From Utricularia gibba (taxonomy: Eukaryota; Plantae; Magnoliophyta): a stretch of 64,000 nt of DNA. A program made the position numbers and the translations under genes. Within the stretch, counting starts at the first letter, position 1. Every line of letters begins with the position of its first letter. The DNA lies in the NCBI GenBank assembly GCA_002189035.1, contig NEEC01000002.1, positions 1,302,001 to 1,366,000 of the forward strand, read 5' to 3'. Below are positions 1-12,403 of this stretch, piece after piece. A model generated the notes under the pieces. The model searched no databases and was not told the origin of the DNA. It worked only from the letters and a program-made list of their open reading frames with translations.

Positions 1-1633
1 TCGAGCAGTTGAATCTCCAGAACTAAAAGTGCACATGAGCTGACACACTTAGACAGAAGAGAATGTAATACATCAAAAGCAACTAAAGGTCGATAACACA
101 AAAAAGAGGCTCAACATTTTGGCAACCTTACCCAGAAGCAAGGATAGACCCTGTAGGATTCCATGCACACGCAATAACCTGTGAGGAGCACAAGTTATAG
201 GCAGTTAAGAGACTACCGACATTGCTTGTAGCCTAAGACTGGGACCTTATGGCAAAGCACTCCTAATTTCACTTATAAACATCAATTTTTTTGGTTATTA
301 GAAGCACTTCTCCAAAAGATGATGAATACATTACATGTGCAAAATAAGGGTAAAACAGGAATGCAGCACTTACATGCAGCTAAAAAATAGAGAAAACAGA
401 TAAAAATAAGAACAAACCTCAGACGCATGACCTTGCAGAACTGTCACATCGGACTTTGAAATTTCACGGGTCACCAAATCATCTGGAGGACAAATATCCA
501 TCGGTTCCATTCCTGTTAAAATTTAATGAAAGTACCCAATCAGTACATGTCCTTGCCTTGACCCAAGAAGAGTTCACATTCATTTGATATTGCAACGGTT
601 ATTAGATTTAAATGTGGATACTAATACAACACCATATTTTGTATCCCAAACTTGAACTGGACATAATTTGCCCCATCACACTTATACATGAGTGAACCAG
701 TTCCGTCTATACTAATACAACATCATTCAGGTTATTCGTTATGAACAGATAGGGGGAAATATTTCAAAGCATTCTCACCTCTATCCCCTCTTTTATCATC
801 AACTACAACCTTGGACTCCTCCACAGAAAGATCAGCTGTCTCTCGAAACGACTTTTCCTTCTCTTTTACCTTTGCTGCATCCTTTTCCTTCTCCATCCTC
901 CCTTTATCTCGTCCTCTCTGCTGTTTTATCTTCCCCTTTACCATCTCAATCCCATCATCTTCAACATTTGCATTTTGCTTCTTACAGGATTTTTCTCTAT
1001 CCTTCTCTTTTTTTTCTTTAACTATATTTTGGAGTTCATCCACACCCTTGGTTATAAGATCAAGAGGATTAAGAAATTGAAAATCTTCATCTGCATCCAA
1101 ATCCTCCTGAAGCCCTAAGCAATAAAAAATCAGGAAGACATTCTCATACAACGTAAACACAAAAACAATAAAACTCCCACATCGCGCACGTACATCGCTT
1201 AGGTTAGCCTCTAATTCCAGATACATAATTCCCCTCTGAACAAATGTAACAAGAGCACCAGGGGGAACTAAGTTGCCATCAATTGTACTTTTACTGATTC
1301 CTGCTTCACATCCTAAAGTGAAAGCTGAATGGGTGAACCCTGAATACACGAACGGTGGAAGGTTAGAGCACATTTACTGCATACTACATCCGAGAAATTC
1401 TTTTAACAGGTGGTGCAGATTAGAAAACAGGCAGAATTCACAACACGAAAGTTGAAATCTTCGATAATGAATTCAAAACATCAATTGGATAGATGAAGAC
1501 GTGTACAAAATAAAGTTCGATTTACAAAAAAAAAATCACTAGAAAAAGGCAGAGTAGGGAGAGGAACTAGACCAGATTCATTAAGGTAGCGAAATATGAG
1601 GTAGTTCAACTCTGCAGACGTTATCGAGGGCAT
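1..1633 (-). CDS. HOS15: LisH + WD40 co-repressor (HOS15/TBL1 family), 5' part; gene continues beyond window start
   Basis: Spliced exons 1633-1573 (MPSITSAELNYLIFRYLNES), 1339-1194 (GFTHSAFTLGCEAG...ALVTFVQRG, LisH), 1106-779 (charged linker), 512-418 (DVTVLQGHASE), ~180-130 (VIACAWNPTGSILASG), 22-1 (SGDSTAR); GT-AG boundaries keep frame. Confidence 0.93.
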
Positions 1634-1744
1634 AGTTTCCAATCTCCCTTCGAATGTAAAAGTTCAATTCCCAGGTTGCCGTTGGCAAGCCTCCCTCCGC
1701 CGATGACAATCGACAGAGGTAGTTTATTTGTCATCGAAAAAGTG

Positions 1745-1783
1745 TGGGCCTGGGCCGAACTCATTCTAAATCTTACAAGCCCA
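1745..1783. promoter_or_regulatory. Site II (TGGGCY) motifs in short bidirectional promoter
   Basis: TGGGCC-TGGGCC tandem at 1745-1756 and AGCCCA at 1778-1783, between divergent ATGs at 1633 (-) and 1876 (+). Confidence 0.55.
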
Positions 1784-1875
1784 CCAAGTGATCCTGCGAA
1801 ATGTTTGCTATTCATTCCATCCCCTGGAATACATCTTCCGTAAAGACTCCCACCAGATCAAAATCTGCGGTCGCC

Positions 1876-2286
1876 ATGGCCGAATCCGAGCAACCACCGG
1901 CGCAATCTAAAGCTGCCTCCACATCAGAGAAACGCAATAATGCCGTCGCGACGTTCAGAATTTGGCCGCCGACCGAAAACACGCGTGACGGAGTAAGAAA
2001 CCTCCTGATCGAGACACTCTCATCCCCCTCCATTCTCCCGAAGCGACACAATCGCGATGAATTGATCGCCGCCGTGAAGATGATCGAACAAGACGCGTAC
2101 AATGCAGCGGCGAGCACCGCGGCGTCCGACGACGGAATCGCGATTCTGCAGGCTTACTCCAAGAGAATCACTATTCACATCCTGGACGAAGTCAAGGCCG
2201 CTAGATCCACCGACTCCGTCTCCTCTCAGCCCAAACCCAACGGCCCGACGCGTAAGGCGGCGGATACCGACGCGACGTGCAGTTGA
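1876..2286 (+). CDS. WPP: WPP-domain protein (MAF1/WPP family), intronless
   Basis: FRIWPPTENTRDGVRNLLIETLSSPSIL and DDGIAILQAYSK match the WPP domain; ATG at 1876. Confidence 0.88.
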   Translation: MAESEQPPAQSKAASTSEKRNNAVATFRIWPPTENTRDGVRNLLIETLSSPSILPKRHNRDELIAAVKMIEQDAYNAAASTAASDDGIAILQAYSKRITIHILDEVKAARSTDSVSSQPKPNGPTRKAADTDATCS

Positions 2287-2876
2287 TGCCTCATTCCGAT
2301 TCCTTCGTATCTTATTGAATAACGAAAACTATTTATTGCAATAATCATGTAGAAGAATCTAACACATGAACGCACATATTGGAATCGAACGGCGTAGCAA
2401 ACTCGGGAGGCGCTAGTGGCAACATTTATGTCATTTTCAAAAAGAGAAAAATGTTTTAAATAAATTATTTTTAAAAATATTAAATTCCCAATTATGAGCC
2501 CGGCACCATCGCCCTTATCATGTTATCAACTTGGTCTCCGGAGGAAGACGACGCCCGGAGCAGGCCCCGTCGATTCCTGTTTGAAGTTCTGTGTCAATGT
2601 AACAGTGAAACACCGGAATGTTTTCTCCGGCGTCGTCTTCTTCTAGAGTCGGAGCTAAACGATGAGAGTACACAACGCTAAATTTAATGAATACAGAGAA
2701 AGGTATACTGGTTGGCTAGGTTGGATCCATGAAGTGCGTACAGAAAGCTAGACAGACAGGCGATTTACCGGACGGGGGAGAAGGGAGGACTGATACATAC
2801 AGGGAGGTTGATTACCGTGCGGAGATGAATGAAGAATCACGGCGGCGGGAGGCGACCTGGGGACTTGAACCCAGAT

Positions 2877-3332
2877 TCAATTATCCTCAAAATCATCCTC
2901 CGGGGACGGGTACTCGTTCAAATCAGGTTTCTGCACGATGCGGGACGGCGTCGTTCCAGGTGCGGCGGTGGCGGCGGCGCCGGAGTGAAGCGCGTCTACC
3001 ATAGTCCCGACTTCGGTGGCCCTCTTCCGTATGGCGGCGGCGGAGAGATCCATGGGGCGGGCGTCGTTGAGGACGTACTCCGGGAAATTGAGACGCGCGG
3101 TGGGGCCCCTGAGGTAAAACAAGGCGGTGTCGTAAGCGCGGGCGGCTGCGATCGGGGAGGAGTAGGAACCCAGCCAGATTCGCGTCCGTTTGTTGGGTTC
3201 CCGGATCTCGGCGACCCATTTCCCCCACTTACGCATCCGGATGCCCCGGTACACCTTCTCCGACGGCTCCTGGTGCTTCCGTTTCGCGATCTCCGCCCTC
3301 GAGGGAGAGGAGGCGCAGCACACGGTTTCCAT
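2877..3332 (-). CDS. RAP2.1: AP2/ERF DREB subgroup A-5 repressor with EAR motif (RAP2.1/RAP2.10/DEAR-like)
   Basis: [30 protein letters not shown]...AARAYD AP2 domain; C-terminal DLNEYP (DLNxxP EAR); TATA-like TATATATATA at ~3444-3453. The exact paralogue is uncertain. Confidence 0.93.
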   Translation of the reverse strand: METVCCASSPSRAEIAKRKHQEPSEKVYRGIRMRKWGKWVAEIREPNKRTRIWLGSYSSPIAAARAYDTALFYLRGPTARLNFPEYVLNDARPMDLSAAAIRKRATEVGTMVDALHSGAAATAAPGTTPSRIVQKPDLNEYPSPEDDFEDN

Positions 3333-3644
3333 GCGAGGGAGGGCACTCGGAATTAGGGTTTGGCGGCGGCGGCGGCGTCTCCCCAGGGAATCATTTCATT
3401 TTCCTCTCGCGAAATCTACCCCGTTCCCCATCCCCGGCGCCCTATATATATAGCCAGGAAGGAAACCCCAAATTTGCAATTTTGACCCTCACCCGGTAGG
3501 GCAGGGCGGGGCAGGGGATCCTTTCAACGTCCATTAAATTAGCCCCGCCGTACATTCCCATTAAACCAGTCACCACTCCCCTCCCCTCCCCTCAAAGCAT
3601 CAAATTCAGGCCCATCGGAAGCATCGCCGGGGCGCGGAGGCGAT

Positions 3645-3831
3645 CACGTCATCCGCCTCCACGCCGACGGCGGTGATTCATTCATTCATTAATGGAGATG
3701 CAGCAGCAGCCATGAGGCATACGGGGGTTTGAATTAAATTAATGTAAGTTGGGGATGAGGACAACAAATAATGAAAGGGTGTCGGCGCAGCCGTCAGGAG
3801 AATGGGCGGAGATAAGTACAAGTCGGCCGAC
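3645..3831. promoter_or_regulatory. DRE/CRT cluster and ACGTG motif upstream of the DREB-A5 gene
   Basis: GCCGAC 3663-3668, GTCGGC 3781-3786, palindromic GTCGGCCGAC 3822-3831, CACGTC 3645-3650. Confidence 0.6.
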
Positions 3832-5490
3832 ACCGGGAGTTGGGGTCATGTCGTACAGCAGCCGCTGCCTCTGACAGCCACCGGCCCCTGGCCCCACCAC
3901 CCCTCGATCCGATCATATGCCTTCCATGTTCTTCAACCACCCCTTTGTTCTCCTCCGCACTCCCTCTCTGTCTGTCATTACGCATGAACCAGCAGCCACC
4001 TTCCCCACGCAATGCAACCCGACTTCATCCCCTGCTACAATCCATCCAAATAATCCTATCTGAGATTTTTTTATTCCTAGATATTGAATGCACAAAACGC
4101 ATAATATTCTATATGATAAAATTGTGATATGTTACATCACTATTTGGGATTTTTTTTTAATTAGATTATGTAGTTTTAAAAGTAAAATTATAAATTATAG
4201 AGTATTTAATTGATAAATTTAAATAAATTTTGAATTATATGAGTTTTTTTTAATCTTGCCTACATAGATTTATTAAAAACCACATCCCATTATTTTACTT
4301 AAATCAATTTATCTAATTTCTAATTCCAGTAACTAAATACTAAATACAAAATTAATCTTTATACATAATTTTTATTTAAATCCAAGTAAATTAAATTTGG
4401 AGTTATCGAGAGTTAAGAGTTCTAAATGGAAAAATAAGATGAGATTTAAGTTAGTTGTCAATTTTAATTACAATTTTATCGAATCTCTATAATTATTACT
4501 AATTTAGACCATACTTGTAATTTATGATGAAATGTTACAATGGGGTCCACCTCTGAGGCTATAATAATGTTTTTACTGGGATAAATAAGGCAAGTCCAAG
4601 CAGGCCTTTCTATTTCATTTTAGGGGGGTAAGTCGGCAAATGATGTTCGCGTACCGTACAGCTCAGCGACGGATAAAGATGGAAATATTTAATTTCAGAA
4701 AAATCACTAAAGAAGAAAAAAAAAGTGTCAACCGAGGTTAAGAATATCCCTTGGGAAGTCGACATTATTCCTCTTGGACCACATGACACTAATTTCCCGG
4801 GATGTAATAACAACAAGTACAGGAGGAGAAAGCCATGGCATGAGTTCACTAGTTTTCAATGCCTGATGGTGAACACCTCCAACCATGGTATTTAACCATG
4901 GTTAGTTGCGGTAAATAATAATCATAATTTGTGTGTAACTGTTGAAACAGCTCACTGAAAAGGAGCCGACCGATGAGTAGTAGTTGCAACTTGGCACTGC
5001 AACCTTTTCAATTCGGATGCAGCATCCCCAGCAAAGGAATTAACCCTTTTTTAACCCGGGGCCACGGGGGAGCTGGTAAAAAGTAAAGGCATTTACCATC
5101 CTCAGTGAAAAATTTTGGGTGGAGTGAGTAAATCCTCCACCCGGTTACGTGGCTGAGTCCTGATCGGAGATATTTGATCGGCGGCGATATAAATGATGAT
5201 GGTACGGACACCGCCGGTTTTGAGACTCCTTTCTGAATGACAAAGCAAAACGGTGGTCTCACAGAGTTTGTCAGCATAAAATAGATCAGGAGTTTATTAA
5301 GGAGATAAAAGTGGATGCATATAATAGCAGGGAAATGAAGATGATGCAAAGCTGAGGCAGATGGAGTGGTACTAAGAATCAAGTATGCGGCAAGTCCGCA
5401 TTACTAGAGGATTCATAAACAAGTTATATGGAAAAGCTGTCTAAAAATCATCAGGACAACTGCAATGTTACAATCGAAGGGTTGGCAGAT

Positions 5491-6843
5491 TTATGGCCTG
5501 AGCTCAGACGCAACGGAGCTTGTTTCATCAGATGGTGCTGGCTTCTTTCCATAGCGCTGAAACAGAAAAGCTAGTGTATGGGACATGAAGAAGAAATACA
5601 AAAATGTTGTGCTGGTTCAAATGCAAGTTTAGAGCACCAACCTGCTTTCCAAATGTGAAGGGCACGTACTTGTATTTGATCATATGCATAATCTGTCTTT
5701 TCATGGTGGAAACAAAGAGAACTACCCAGTAGAATAGGAGAACCGGCCAGAACACGGGCACATCGAAGGCGCTGAAGAATGTCAGCATCATAGAAAAGCA
5801 TATGGCCTTTGCAAGTGAATGCCTGCATTCATGTTTACCGACAAAAAGCAGAAAAACTTCGGAATATATCAGCAGCTCTAATTAATAATTTATCATGGGT
5901 GCAAACAGAAAACTTAAAACTGTATCTTACGAAGAGATCACTTGATTAGAAGTCACACACACTGATTGCCAGTTAATGTATCAAATAAACTCTGAAGGCA
6001 TGGATATCCCTAGACCAACACCTCTAAGAGAAAAACAAGATTAATAAAACACAGGCAATGCTCAAATCTTTTCAAAAATCATTGCGGGTCAATTTTTTTC
6101 CCACAAGCCAGAATGCAGGCATTTGAGTGCAAATCTAGGATGACGAAAACCTCAGCTGGCAGCCTAATAGCCTTCATCCTTAACAAGGATTAACACGAAT
6201 TTAGCTCAGATTATGAAATTAAGGAAGAATGCACAAATGGATTTCAATGACTTTATCATCAAGACTAGGTCATCTGACAATTCTTACTAACAGCTATGCA
6301 ATTTCCTTCCGAATTCCAGAAATGTATATAAATCAGAATCAGGTAGAACCTAATTCGTCAGAGGGTTGCCTCATAACGCACAGGAAACGGCTGCGATTCC
6401 CACAGTATGGTCAACGCATACAAAATCCACATAATCGCTGAAGCCGAAAGCAGTAGCAAGAAAATCCCATCTCACCAGAACTTAAACTCCGGAAGTCGTC
6501 GAACGAAAGGGCGGAACTCATCGGAGCCCAAGGTGGGCAATTTAGGCCCATCGAGAAGCTCCTGCATCTCAGGGTCCACCTGCGGCGACAAGAACGCGAT
6601 GAGCAGTTGGAGGATGTAAATCCCAAGGGCGTACGTCACGACGTAGAATCCCTCCAAAAGGTAAACGCGCAGCGCATAAACGAAGGCGATCGCCATCAGA
6701 AAGATCCATCTATACAGAACCAGGGGCGTCGTCTTGTCCAGAAAATGCTGGTACCGCTGCCATATGGAATGGCTGAACTGCGTGAAGGCGGAGCCGGCGG
6801 TGTCATCGCCGCCGGGAGCCAAACCTCCGCCGACCGTAGTCAT
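5491..6843 (-). CDS. RER1: Golgi-to-ER retrieval receptor RER1 (3 exons)
   Basis: Exons 6843-6476, 5822-5642, 5556-5491; [72 protein letters not shown]. Confidence 0.96.
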
Positions 6844-7429
6844 TATCCTCCGTATCTAACCTCTAGCTACGGATCGATTCATCGACTATCATGAATTCAA
6901 AGAAATACGCTCCTACCTAAATGCAGGGACCCAATTGGGCCACGCATTTCAAAGCCCAATTACCCCATGTGGGCCGATCGCCTAAGGGCTTGCCCCCAAT
7001 TTCCACTTCTACCCTTACAAATATCAGCAACAGGATGTGAAATGTCGCAAATACCCATGCATCGTAATAAAATGTTTTAATTTTTATGATAGTATAAATG
7101 TTATTTTGTGTATTTTGTAGAAAATATGATTAAAAATTGTTTTATTAGAATCAATTTTCAAAATTTAATGAGTCATTTAAAAAAATAATCATCATAATTT
7201 TCCTTCACACACACTAAAATTAAATTTTTATGCATACAATGATCATTTTTATTATACATTTAATTTTTTTACTCCTGTAATCAATGGTCACAATGTAGAC
7301 ATGGATTCAGAAATCACATAGTCGAACAAAGGAAGACAATTTAGATTAGATCGTCCATCCACTCGAACAATGTTTCAAGGGAGAAGCAACAACTCTCCTT
7401 TAACCAAGAGATAAAGAAAGAACATACTT

Positions 7430-8695
7430 TGATCTATCCTTTTCCTAGTTTCTGCATCTTCTCTTCCTCAAGGTCGCCATCCTCAGAAGTTCTGATCCAT
7501 CACCTCTGTTTTAAGACTAGCATAAGCCATTTTCTATCTCTGAAAGTAATCATTGCATGCAAAAGAATAAAGCTTTGATCTTGAAACAGCTACCTGCGTA
7601 GCTGTGGATGGCGTCCTGGTTCTGGAATCGATGCTCGTTCCGGGGGTATGGTTGACAGCTAAACAACGGAGGTGGGGTGGAGCTTTTGCATTTGAGGTTG
7701 AGAATTCTCCATCTGATTCACCTTGCATCAGTTTGCACAGCTGCACACAAGGTTTTTGCAGAGTCAGGCCATGATTTTTAATTCTAAGTACTTTGGTTAA
7801 GTTTCACCCCAGCATTGGAAATCCGGCTTTCAGTGCAGCAGTCACAAAAAACACACTAAAAAAACAAACAAGTTAGTCATCTGGCAGCACTTCCTGTCAA
7901 ACCTGATTCCGGTGTTTCGATGTTGTCAATCCCACCTGGTGGTTTCGATCAGTGTCGAGGTCAAGCGACTCGTATAGCTGATCAACAAACAACGCTTCCA
8001 TGGTTTTGAGATACAAGGTATGCTTTTCATCAGTCCACTCTGTTGGCTTTGGCTCAACTGCTTGATAATGCTGCAAAATATGGAAGCAAGCAGTTTTGTA
8101 AGACAAAGTAAGTGCACTGAAGCAGAAGAAGCCATCTGTTGCCACAGACCGTATTCAATGTCAGATAATGTCATGCAGTTTTACAAAACGATGAAATTTA
8201 GGCAAATCTGCTAGGCACATACACTCTCAGTGTCAGAACTGTAATCTACACAGGCAAATTTGGAATCAATCGTGCGATAAGAAAACAAACGACGAGAACA
8301 TTTCTGAGAGTTGGATTCCTTCACATCTGTTCACAGTGGGGACAACGTGGGATCCCGTGAACAGTCTCAAATCTATCAATTTTCCAAGATCCAACTACTT
8401 TTAAGACGATTCTCAGTTCTGAGATCAAAATTGCAGATTCTCAAGCCTCACTAATTTATGACTATAACACACCTCTTCACATTCATCGCTCATCCTCCTA
8501 GACACTTCATGAACACATCCAGAAACCCAACAAAGACGGCCTTGAAAAATAACCACCAACAAGATCAAAACCTCGAAAAACGAACGGCACTACCCATACT
8601 CTCGTTTCACAAGGAGAAACGAAACTCACCGCAGAGTTAGGCTTCCCCCTCTTCAGATCACCACTTCTCGCGAAAAAATCAAACGATTCTTCCAT
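7430..8695 (-). CDS. COR27: COR27/COR28-like protein; 3' half appears degenerate
   Basis: Exon 1 8695-~8630 (GTGAG donor); exon 2 from 8070 has TEWTDEKHTLYLKTMEALFVDQLYES; distal EVMDQNF motif at ~7487-7507 is followed directly by TGA. The middle exon could not be joined in frame. The 3' coordinate is approximate. Confidence 0.65.
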
Positions 8696-8885
8696 ACCCA
8701 GAAACTTCGAAGCCAGACCGAAATGAGATTTTATTGTGGCTCTGCTCAAAGCAGGGGATTCGCTTCAACGCGGGGGTCCGCTTTGGGTACTCGAGTCTTG
8801 TGGTTCGGAGTGCCAACTCGTTTGGCGCTTTTGCGAAAAGGTCAGCGGATCACCACATAGCCTGCGGCCGTCAAACTCAAGAATC

Positions 8886-9031
8886 AGATATTTCGGGGTC
8901 CCAGAAATATCGGGCCACGAAAAATATCTCTTTTGTCATGGGCCCCACTCACCCCTCTCTCTTCATCTACCACTTGTCGTATTTTTCTGCTCCGCCATGT
9001 AAATGCACTGATATTTCTCTACAAAAAATCT
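8886..9031. promoter_or_regulatory. Evening element / CCA1-site cluster upstream of COR27-like gene
   Basis: AAAATATCT 8921-8929, AGATATTT 8886-8893, GAAATATC 8904-8911, AAAAATCT ~9024-9031. Confidence 0.6.
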
Positions 9032-9996
9032 CCTGTTTTTTTGGGAAAAATAAGGCCACTAAATTCAAATAAAATTAAACATGAGCGCACTTTATCCACA
9101 AAAATAACAACTAAATGATTCTTTTAAAATGTGGTTTTAAATTATTTAAAATTTTAAAATAAAATATTCTCCTCTTCTTATTTTTCATAAATATACCTAA
9201 AAAATTTCAAATTAAATTATTTATTTATAAAAATAAATATTTAATATAATATCTATCTCTAGATATCCTGTTATTTTAAGTACTAAAATTTAAAAATCAT
9301 ATTTACATTGTAAGTATCAACAATGAAATATCTATTTTGGTAGCTTAATATCCACTCGTTTTATTATTAGATAATTAAAAGATATTTTTTTTGAAAAAAA
9401 TATCAGCCCCCGATGCAGCAACTTGAGCGGATTTTTTTGGGGCGCTTTCAGATGGATTTTTCCATTCAGATATTTTTGGGTGGTCTGGTTTCTATTTATT
9501 ACAAATCATTATCATTAATAATTCCTACCTTCCATTCCATTTTTATTTTTTATTTTCTTATTTTATTTCTTTATTATTATATTTTATAAGACAGCAAATA
9601 GATGTCTTTCTATGCAGGGATTCTCATGTTTTTTTTTTCAGAAAAATAAATTTATTGTAAAAAATGTCATTTTCAATTTTTATTATTTATTGAAAAGGTA
9701 TCATTTAATGGGAGATCTGAATACGTGATTGATGCCCACCACGTTCGTGGGGTTGGGTGGTCGTTAGTTACGCCCATAATTATTAATTAATCAATAAATG
9801 AGGGTAATTATCTTAGCGTGCCACGTGTCGGAATCTTATAGGACTAGCGGACGGGAAGATATTGTGCTGATTAAGTAGATAATTAAAATAATTATATTAA
9901 AATAGATAAGGGTGTATGTTTTTACTTAATTGCCCCTACGGTCGGGTTTGTTTGGGGAAATTGGGCTCCTCGTGTTTGGTGTATTGGGCCGGGATT

Positions 9997-12403
9997 TCAG
10001 TTTGTTTTGGACGAGGATTTCCGTCTCCCCAGGAACATGAAGAAGCGAGGGAAGAATGATTTCTTCTTCTTCTTTGCGGCTTTGGTTTCTGCAACTGGAC
10101 CCGTTTCTGAGTTGCTTGCGGATCCCGTTGGGCTTGATCTCTGATGCATGATGGAAGTTCCTGGAACTGTGATGAAGTTTCTATGCTGACTTTGCGTTGT
10201 GTTGGCCTGTCGTTGTTGTTCATGTTCAGCTCGCCATCTTCGGAGGTCTTGTTCAACGGCAAGTTTCGCTTGTTGGGCTTCCTCGGCTTTCTCGGAAGCA
10301 GCTTCAAGTTCGCATTTTCTTGCACACATTTCACGGGTCACTTCCTCTAGCTTTTGCAAGCTCCTTGTTTCGGATTCCTTCGCCTTTTCGATTTCGGAAG
10401 CTACAGCGGCTACCCTGGCGTTTGCTTCTTCTTCAGCTTCATGACTTCTTTTGCTCAGCTCGTAGTACTCTTCGAGGGAAAGTTCGACTCCAGCAGAGGA
10501 GTTTTCGTCTTTAGAAGCTTCGCTTTCAGCTAATGCATTTATAGCTGCCAAGGCAAGTTTTTCAGATGCCTTTGCCGCTTCCATTTCCTTCACAGCAGCT
10601 AAAAGTTTAGTCTTTGTATCTATTGCTTTTGCTTTTGCTTCCTCTGCTTCTTTCTTAGACTCTTGTAGCAATTGTTGTGCACCTTCAACTTGTTTTTTAG
10701 CTTCTTCTGCATCTTGCTCGGCTTCTTGTAGCTGCATCGGTAATTCGGCCATCTCATCCCTTTCTTGTTGCTCTTTTCGTTGAATTGCAGTGATTTCAGA
10801 ATGTATTTTTTGTAACTCTTTCTCAACAGATGTAACCGCAATCGATGCCATTTCTTCCCTTTTCTGAACTGTTGCGAGTTCCGTGGTTTCTTGTTCGAGT
10901 TCTAACTTGAGTGACGCTTCTGCCACCTTCAGGATTCGAGCTTCACTTCTAGATCTCTCCATTCTATCCTTCATTTCATCTAGTTTTTTGTTTGCCGCTG
11001 CAATGGCTGCCTTAAACTCGGCTCGCCTCATTTTCTCTGGTTCCTTGAGAACGTGTTCGAAGCTTGGTTCTGGTTCATTTCCTTCTAACTGTGATTCCAT
11101 ATATGCTGCCAATTCAGCCTTCAAATCCCTCATCTTCTCTGTCGCATTGTGCAGCTTTGATTTCAGTTCCTTTTTCGATTGCATTTCTCGGGTTAGCCTC
11201 CCAAGCTCCTGTTCAGCTTCCCTCAGCTCCATTTCCCAGTTGAGAGTTTCTTGTTCTTTCGCCATGACCGCCCCGATTCGATGCTCCTCGGCCTCCAAAT
11301 GCTCAGAATGAGCAGACTCCAAGGTCTGCTTCAGAGCAATGAGTTCAATTGTCAAGTCCTCCACAGACTTGTCAACTTGTTTCAATGATGAAGCCGATTC
11401 TTCAGCCATTGCAACAGCTGAATCTCTCTCAGCCACCATAACAGCGTAATCCTTCTTGAGCTGATCCAATTCAGCATTCACGTTCTCAAGCTCGGAAGCT
11501 GCAGTCGCATACCTCGCTCGGGCGACCTCAATCTGTGCCTTGGCTGCAAAGCTCGACTCATCTGCTATTCCTTGTTCCATCTCATCCACTCGTAGTGATG
11601 CAAGTTCTGAATCCTGTCTCGCCTGCTCTTCTTCAGTTTTCGCTCTTTCCAGGTTCAACTTGAGCTCTTCTATCAGCCTTTTTGTGCTGTCGAGCCTCTT
11701 CAGAACCTGCAGTTTTTCCTCCTCTGCAGCCACACATTGCTGCTTGTATGATGGCAGTTCTTGCTGTGCCTTCTCTAGCTCCTGCTCTATGAACTTCCTT
11801 CTCTGTACGCAACGCACAAATTTCAGGCGAATGACGAAGCAATGTTCTGACAACACGAACGCGGTATAAAGAAGCTGCACCAAACATTACCTCCACCGTC
11901 TGCACACGGTGAGCCTTCCAGTCCACAATCCCACCAAACTTCGAAACAGCTGCTTTTACAGATTCAAATGGCGCATCCGTGTCTATCTCAACGTTGCTCA
12001 AGTCGATATTCTCCATGCTTTTCAAGCGGCTAGTTTGTTTAGTAGCCATGGCAGGATAGTTGCCCGGAATCTTGGCAACTATATGATCGATGCTGCTACT
12101 TCTTCTATGATGACGATGACGACCAGGGGATGCCGACGGCACAGCAACCATCGGCACAAAATCATCCTCCGGTGAAGGCTTAGCAACAATTTTAACCAAC
12201 CCTTCTGTGCTTCCCGCACCCTCAGGATCCACCCCATTTGTTGCAGAAGCAGAATCAGGAGACAGAGCAACATTCCAATCAAGCGAAGATGGGAATGGAT
12301 CATTCTCGTTATCTCTCTGCTGTTTCGAACTTGGGTCATTTGCGCTCGAGCCCTCGTTCCGATCTTCGTCTTCCTTTGCGAAGCTTCCGGCGGCGGCCTC
12401 CAT
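9997..12403 (-). CDS. WEB1: WEB family (DUF827) coiled-coil protein, WEB1/WEL-like
   Basis: Exon 1 ends 11891 ([27 protein letters not shown]), 88-nt intron, exon 2 11802-9997 (long coiled coil, [36 protein letters not shown]). Start codon placement is tentative. Confidence 0.92.

Noticed and set aside
2729-3453. Several long ORFs overlapping the DREB gene (e.g. 2829-3356 +, 2996-3346 -)
   Set aside because: Shadow ORFs of a GC-rich coding sequence; no motifs.
5191-5236. ATGATGA...CTGA C/D-box-like pair (similar partial boxes at ~31684-31776 and ~37480-37510)
   Set aside because: Spacing too short or D box missing, and no terminal stem or rRNA guide recognised.
5008-5382. 124-aa minus-strand ORF
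   Set aside because: TTG start, low-complexity UTR-like composition, no recognisable family.
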